Shown here: positions 61,836 through 64,000 of the stretch, piece by piece
Position numbering within the stretch: the stretch's first letter is position 1
Layout of the letters: every line of letters starts with the position of its first letter
Assembly (NCBI GenBank): GCA_026393755.1
Contig: JAPKZO010000040.1
Location: 39,311-103,310 of the forward strand
DNA length: 64,000 bases
Source of the DNA: Acidobacteriota bacterium
Lineage (GTDB): Bacteria > Acidobacteriota > Vicinamibacteria > Vicinamibacterales > JAKQTR01
Direction of reading: 5' to 3'
Notes under the pieces: model-generated
What the model was told of the DNA's origin: nothing
The model's input: only the letters and a program-made list of their open reading frames with translations
Databases searched by the model: none
Made by a program: the position numbers and the translations under genes

Positions 61836-62903
61836 ATGACTGCAGACACACATGGACGCCGTCGTCGCCTGATATCGGCCGCCCTCGCGGGCGCGCTGGT
61901 GGCGGCCGTGCTCGGGTTCACGCCGGCGGCGGCCCCGGCCCAGACCATTACGATCAAGATGGCCACGCTGGTTCCGGAGAACTCGTCGTGGTTCCTGGTG
62001 CTCAAGGACGTGGCCGACAAGTGGGCCAAGATCTCGGGCGGCAAGGTCAAGGTCATCCTCTACCCGGGCGGCCGCAGGGGCGACGACCCCGACGTGGTCC
62101 GCGACATGCGGCTTGGCGGCCTGCAGGGCGCGGTCCTGACGTCGGTGGGTCTGGCCGAAATCGACAAGACGGTGTTCGCGTTGAGCATCCCGATGGCGTA
62201 CGACTCCTACGAGGAGGTGTACGCGGTGCTCGAGAAGATGCGACCGCGCCTCGAAGCGTCGATGGAAGCCAGGGGCTTCGTGGTCGTCAACTGGGCTGAT
62301 GGCGGATGGATGCATTTCTTCACGAAGTCGCCCGTCACCACGCCGGACGACCTCAAGAAGCTGAAGTTCTTCCAATGGGCCGGCGACGCGAAGTCGCTGG
62401 AAATCTGGAAGGCGGCCGGTTTCAACCCGCGGCCGGCACCTTCGACCGAACTGGTCACCGGACTGCAGACGGGATTGTTCGAGGCGTTTGCCGCACCGCC
62501 GCAGGTCTGCGTCATCGCCCGCTACTACGAGCATGCCAGGTACATGACCGACATGAACTGGGGATTGATGATGGCGGCGACGGTCATTGACAAGGGCACC
62601 TGGGCAAGGATTCCGGCCGATCTCAAGCCGGCGCTGCTGCAGGCTGCGCGCGACTCGGGAGCGAAGCTCCAGGCCGAGATTCGCCGGAGCGGTGAGAGGG
62701 ACGTCGAGGCCATGAAGAACTCGCCCTCGAAGCTGGTCGTCGTGCCCGTGGACGCGAAAACGAAGGAGCTCTGGCGCAAACTGGCTGAGAGCACCTATCC
62801 GCGCATTCGGGGAGACTTGTTGTCAGCCGACGCGTTTGACGAAGCTATCAGGTATCGCGACGAGTACCGGAAGGCGCATCCGGCTCAACCGGTCAAGAAG
62901 TAG
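61836..62903 (+). CDS. dctP: TRAP transporter substrate-binding protein (DctP family)
   Basis: Tat/Sec-type signal (RRRRLISAALAGALVAAVL). ITIKMATLVPENSSW and later segments are typical DctP-family. Confidence 0.85.
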   Translation: MTADTHGRRRRLISAALAGALVAAVLGFTPAAAPAQTITIKMATLVPENSSWFLVLKDVADKWAKISGGKVKVILYPGGRRGDDPDVVRDMRLGGLQGAVLTSVGLAEIDKTVFALSIPMAYDSYEEVYAVLEKMRPRLEASMEARGFVVVNWADGGWMHFFTKSPVTTPDDLKKLKFFQWAGDAKSLEIWKAAGFNPRPAPSTELVTGLQTGLFEAFAAPPQVCVIARYYEHARYMTDMNWGLMMAATVIDKGTWARIPADLKPALLQAARDSGAKLQAEIRRSGERDVEAMKNSPSKLVVVPVDAKTKELWRKLAESTYPRIRGDLLSADAFDEAIRYRDEYRKAHPAQPVKK

Positions 62904-62905
62904 CT

Positions 62906-64000
62906 ATGCTGACCGCCTTCTTCAAGCGGACCGAACAGGGCGTCCTGGTGTCGGCGCTCGGCCTGGCCTGCGTCCTCCCGCTCATCGACATTGTCGGCCG
63001 GTTGTTCGGCGGCGGGTTGCATATTCCCGGCAAGGACGCCTACGTCTCTCACCTCACGCTGTGGCTCGCCTTTGTGGGCGGCCTTGCCGCCACGACCCAG
63101 GCCAAGCACCTGACGCTCTCGACGTCGGAGTTCTTCGGAGAGGGGCTGGCGCGCAACCTGTCGCGGTTGTTTGCCTTCTCGGTGGCGGCCGCTGTCGTGG
63201 GCATTCTCGCCTTCTCCAGCTGGGACGTCGTGATGGCCACGCGCGGCGCCGAAGACAAGGTCCTGCCGATTGGTCTGCCCGAGTGGATCAGCCTGCTGGT
63301 GATGCCGACCGCGCTCGCGCTGGCCGCGCTGGTGTTCGCCTGGAAGGCGTCCGACCAGTGGTGGGGCCGGGCGGTGGCGTTTACCACCATCCCGGCTGCC
63401 TTCGCCATCGGCCTTCTGCCGCCGGCGGCGGCCACCTATGTCTGGCCGCTGGTGTTCGTGGTGTTGCTCGCGACGCTGCTCGGAGCGCCCGTGTTCGTGG
63501 CGATGGGCGGGATCGCGCTGGTGCTCTTCTTCCGGGAAGGCGTGCCGGTGTCGCTGGTGTCGTCCAAGGTCTACCAGCTCATTTCGTCGCCGACGCTTCC
63601 CGCCATCCCGCTGTTGACGGCCGCCGGATACGTCCTGGCCGAAAGCACGGCCGCCGAACGGCTCGTCCGCTTCTTCCGCGCCATCTTCGGGTGGATGCCG
63701 GGCGGGATTGCGGTGATGGTGGCGGCTGTCTGCGCGCTGTTCACGACGTTTACCGGCGGCTCCGGCGTCACGATCATCGCGCTCGGGGGCCTGGTCTACC
63801 CGATCCTGCGCAAGGACGGCTATTCCGAGGGCTTCTCACTCGGCCTGGTGACGGCATCCGGCTCGCTCGGCCTGCTGTTTCCGCCGAGCCTCCCTGTGAT
63901 CCTCTACAGCGTCGTCGCGAGCACCCGTGACCAACCCGTGCCGGCCGACCAGCTTTACCTCGCGGGCCTGCTGCCGGGGCTCCTGCTCGTCGTGATCACT
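62906..64000 (+). CDS. TRAP transporter fused small/large permease (DctQ-DctM), 3' end outside the window
   Basis: Not in the ORF track because no stop occurs before the window end. My own translation from ATG 62906 (3 nt after the dctP stop) gives MLTAFFKRTEQGVLVSALGL (DctQ-like 4 TM). It then gives FTTFTGGSGVTIIALGGLVYPIL and GLVTASGSLGLLFPPSLPVILY, typical of DctM. Confidence 0.85.
   Translation, partial: MLTAFFKRTEQGVLVSALGLACVLPLIDIVGRLFGGGLHIPGKDAYVSHLTLWLAFVGGLAATTQAKHLTLSTSEFFGEGLARNLSRLFAFSVAAAVVGILAFSSWDVVMATRGAEDKVLPIGLPEWISLLVMPTALALAALVFAWKASDQWWGRAVAFTTIPAAFAIGLLPPAAATYVWPLVFVVLLATLLGAPVFVAMGGIALVLFFREGVPVSLVSSKVYQLISSPTLPAIPLLTAAGYVLAESTAAERLVRFFRAIFGWMPGGIAVMVAAVCALFTTFTGGSGVTIIALGGLVYPILRKDGYSEGFSLGLVTASGSLGLLFPPSLPVILYSVVASTRDQPVPADQLYLAGLLPGLLLVVIT

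Overview
High-GC bacterial chromosomal window. The gene repertoire (TPR-fused GT-C glycosyltransferases, a TPR Ser/Thr kinase, a sigma-54 enhancer-binding protein, a TatT-type TRAP transporter) suggests an Acidobacteriota-like soil organism, but that is inference only. I support about 55 protein genes, one tRNA-Lys(CUU), no rRNA, no CRISPR array and no transposase or integrase. Most long ORFs on the opposite strand of recognisable genes are Arg/Pro/Gly-rich shadow frames and were discarded. Main observations: (1) A tightly coupled minus-strand operon (8.6-15.1 kb) contains every MetH module except the folate module: Hcy-binding Zn methyltransferase, B12-binding protein and AdoMet reactivation domain. 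A non-pyrrolysine MttB-family methyltransferase takes the place of the folate module. A class-V aminotransferase and an odd DsbB-like fusion protein are in the same operon. This looks like a corrinoid-dependent, folate-independent methylamine/betaine:homocysteine methyl-transfer system. (2) A 12-kb envelope glycosylation locus (22.6-34.3 kb) has four GT-C membrane glycosyltransferases, two of them TPR-fused and one TMTC-like, plus GT2, GT9, a DsbD-N-like protein and an outer-membrane barrel. (3) A lower-GC islet around tRNA-Lys carries four two-gene modules: a DUF5678-like protein with a retropepsin-like protease, DUF4160/DUF2442, and a Phd-MNT fusion with HEPN. It also carries a 49-bp direct repeat. 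(4) A dispersed 8-1-8 palindromic repeat family (13 copies in 5 intergenic clusters) sits next to or on stop codons. In one case a 1-nt deletion in a copy removes a stop codon. (5) Three sigma-54-type promoters lie next to an NtrC-family regulator, two of them divergent. Start codons are often uncertain, and all family names are recognition by eye and need HMM confirmation.
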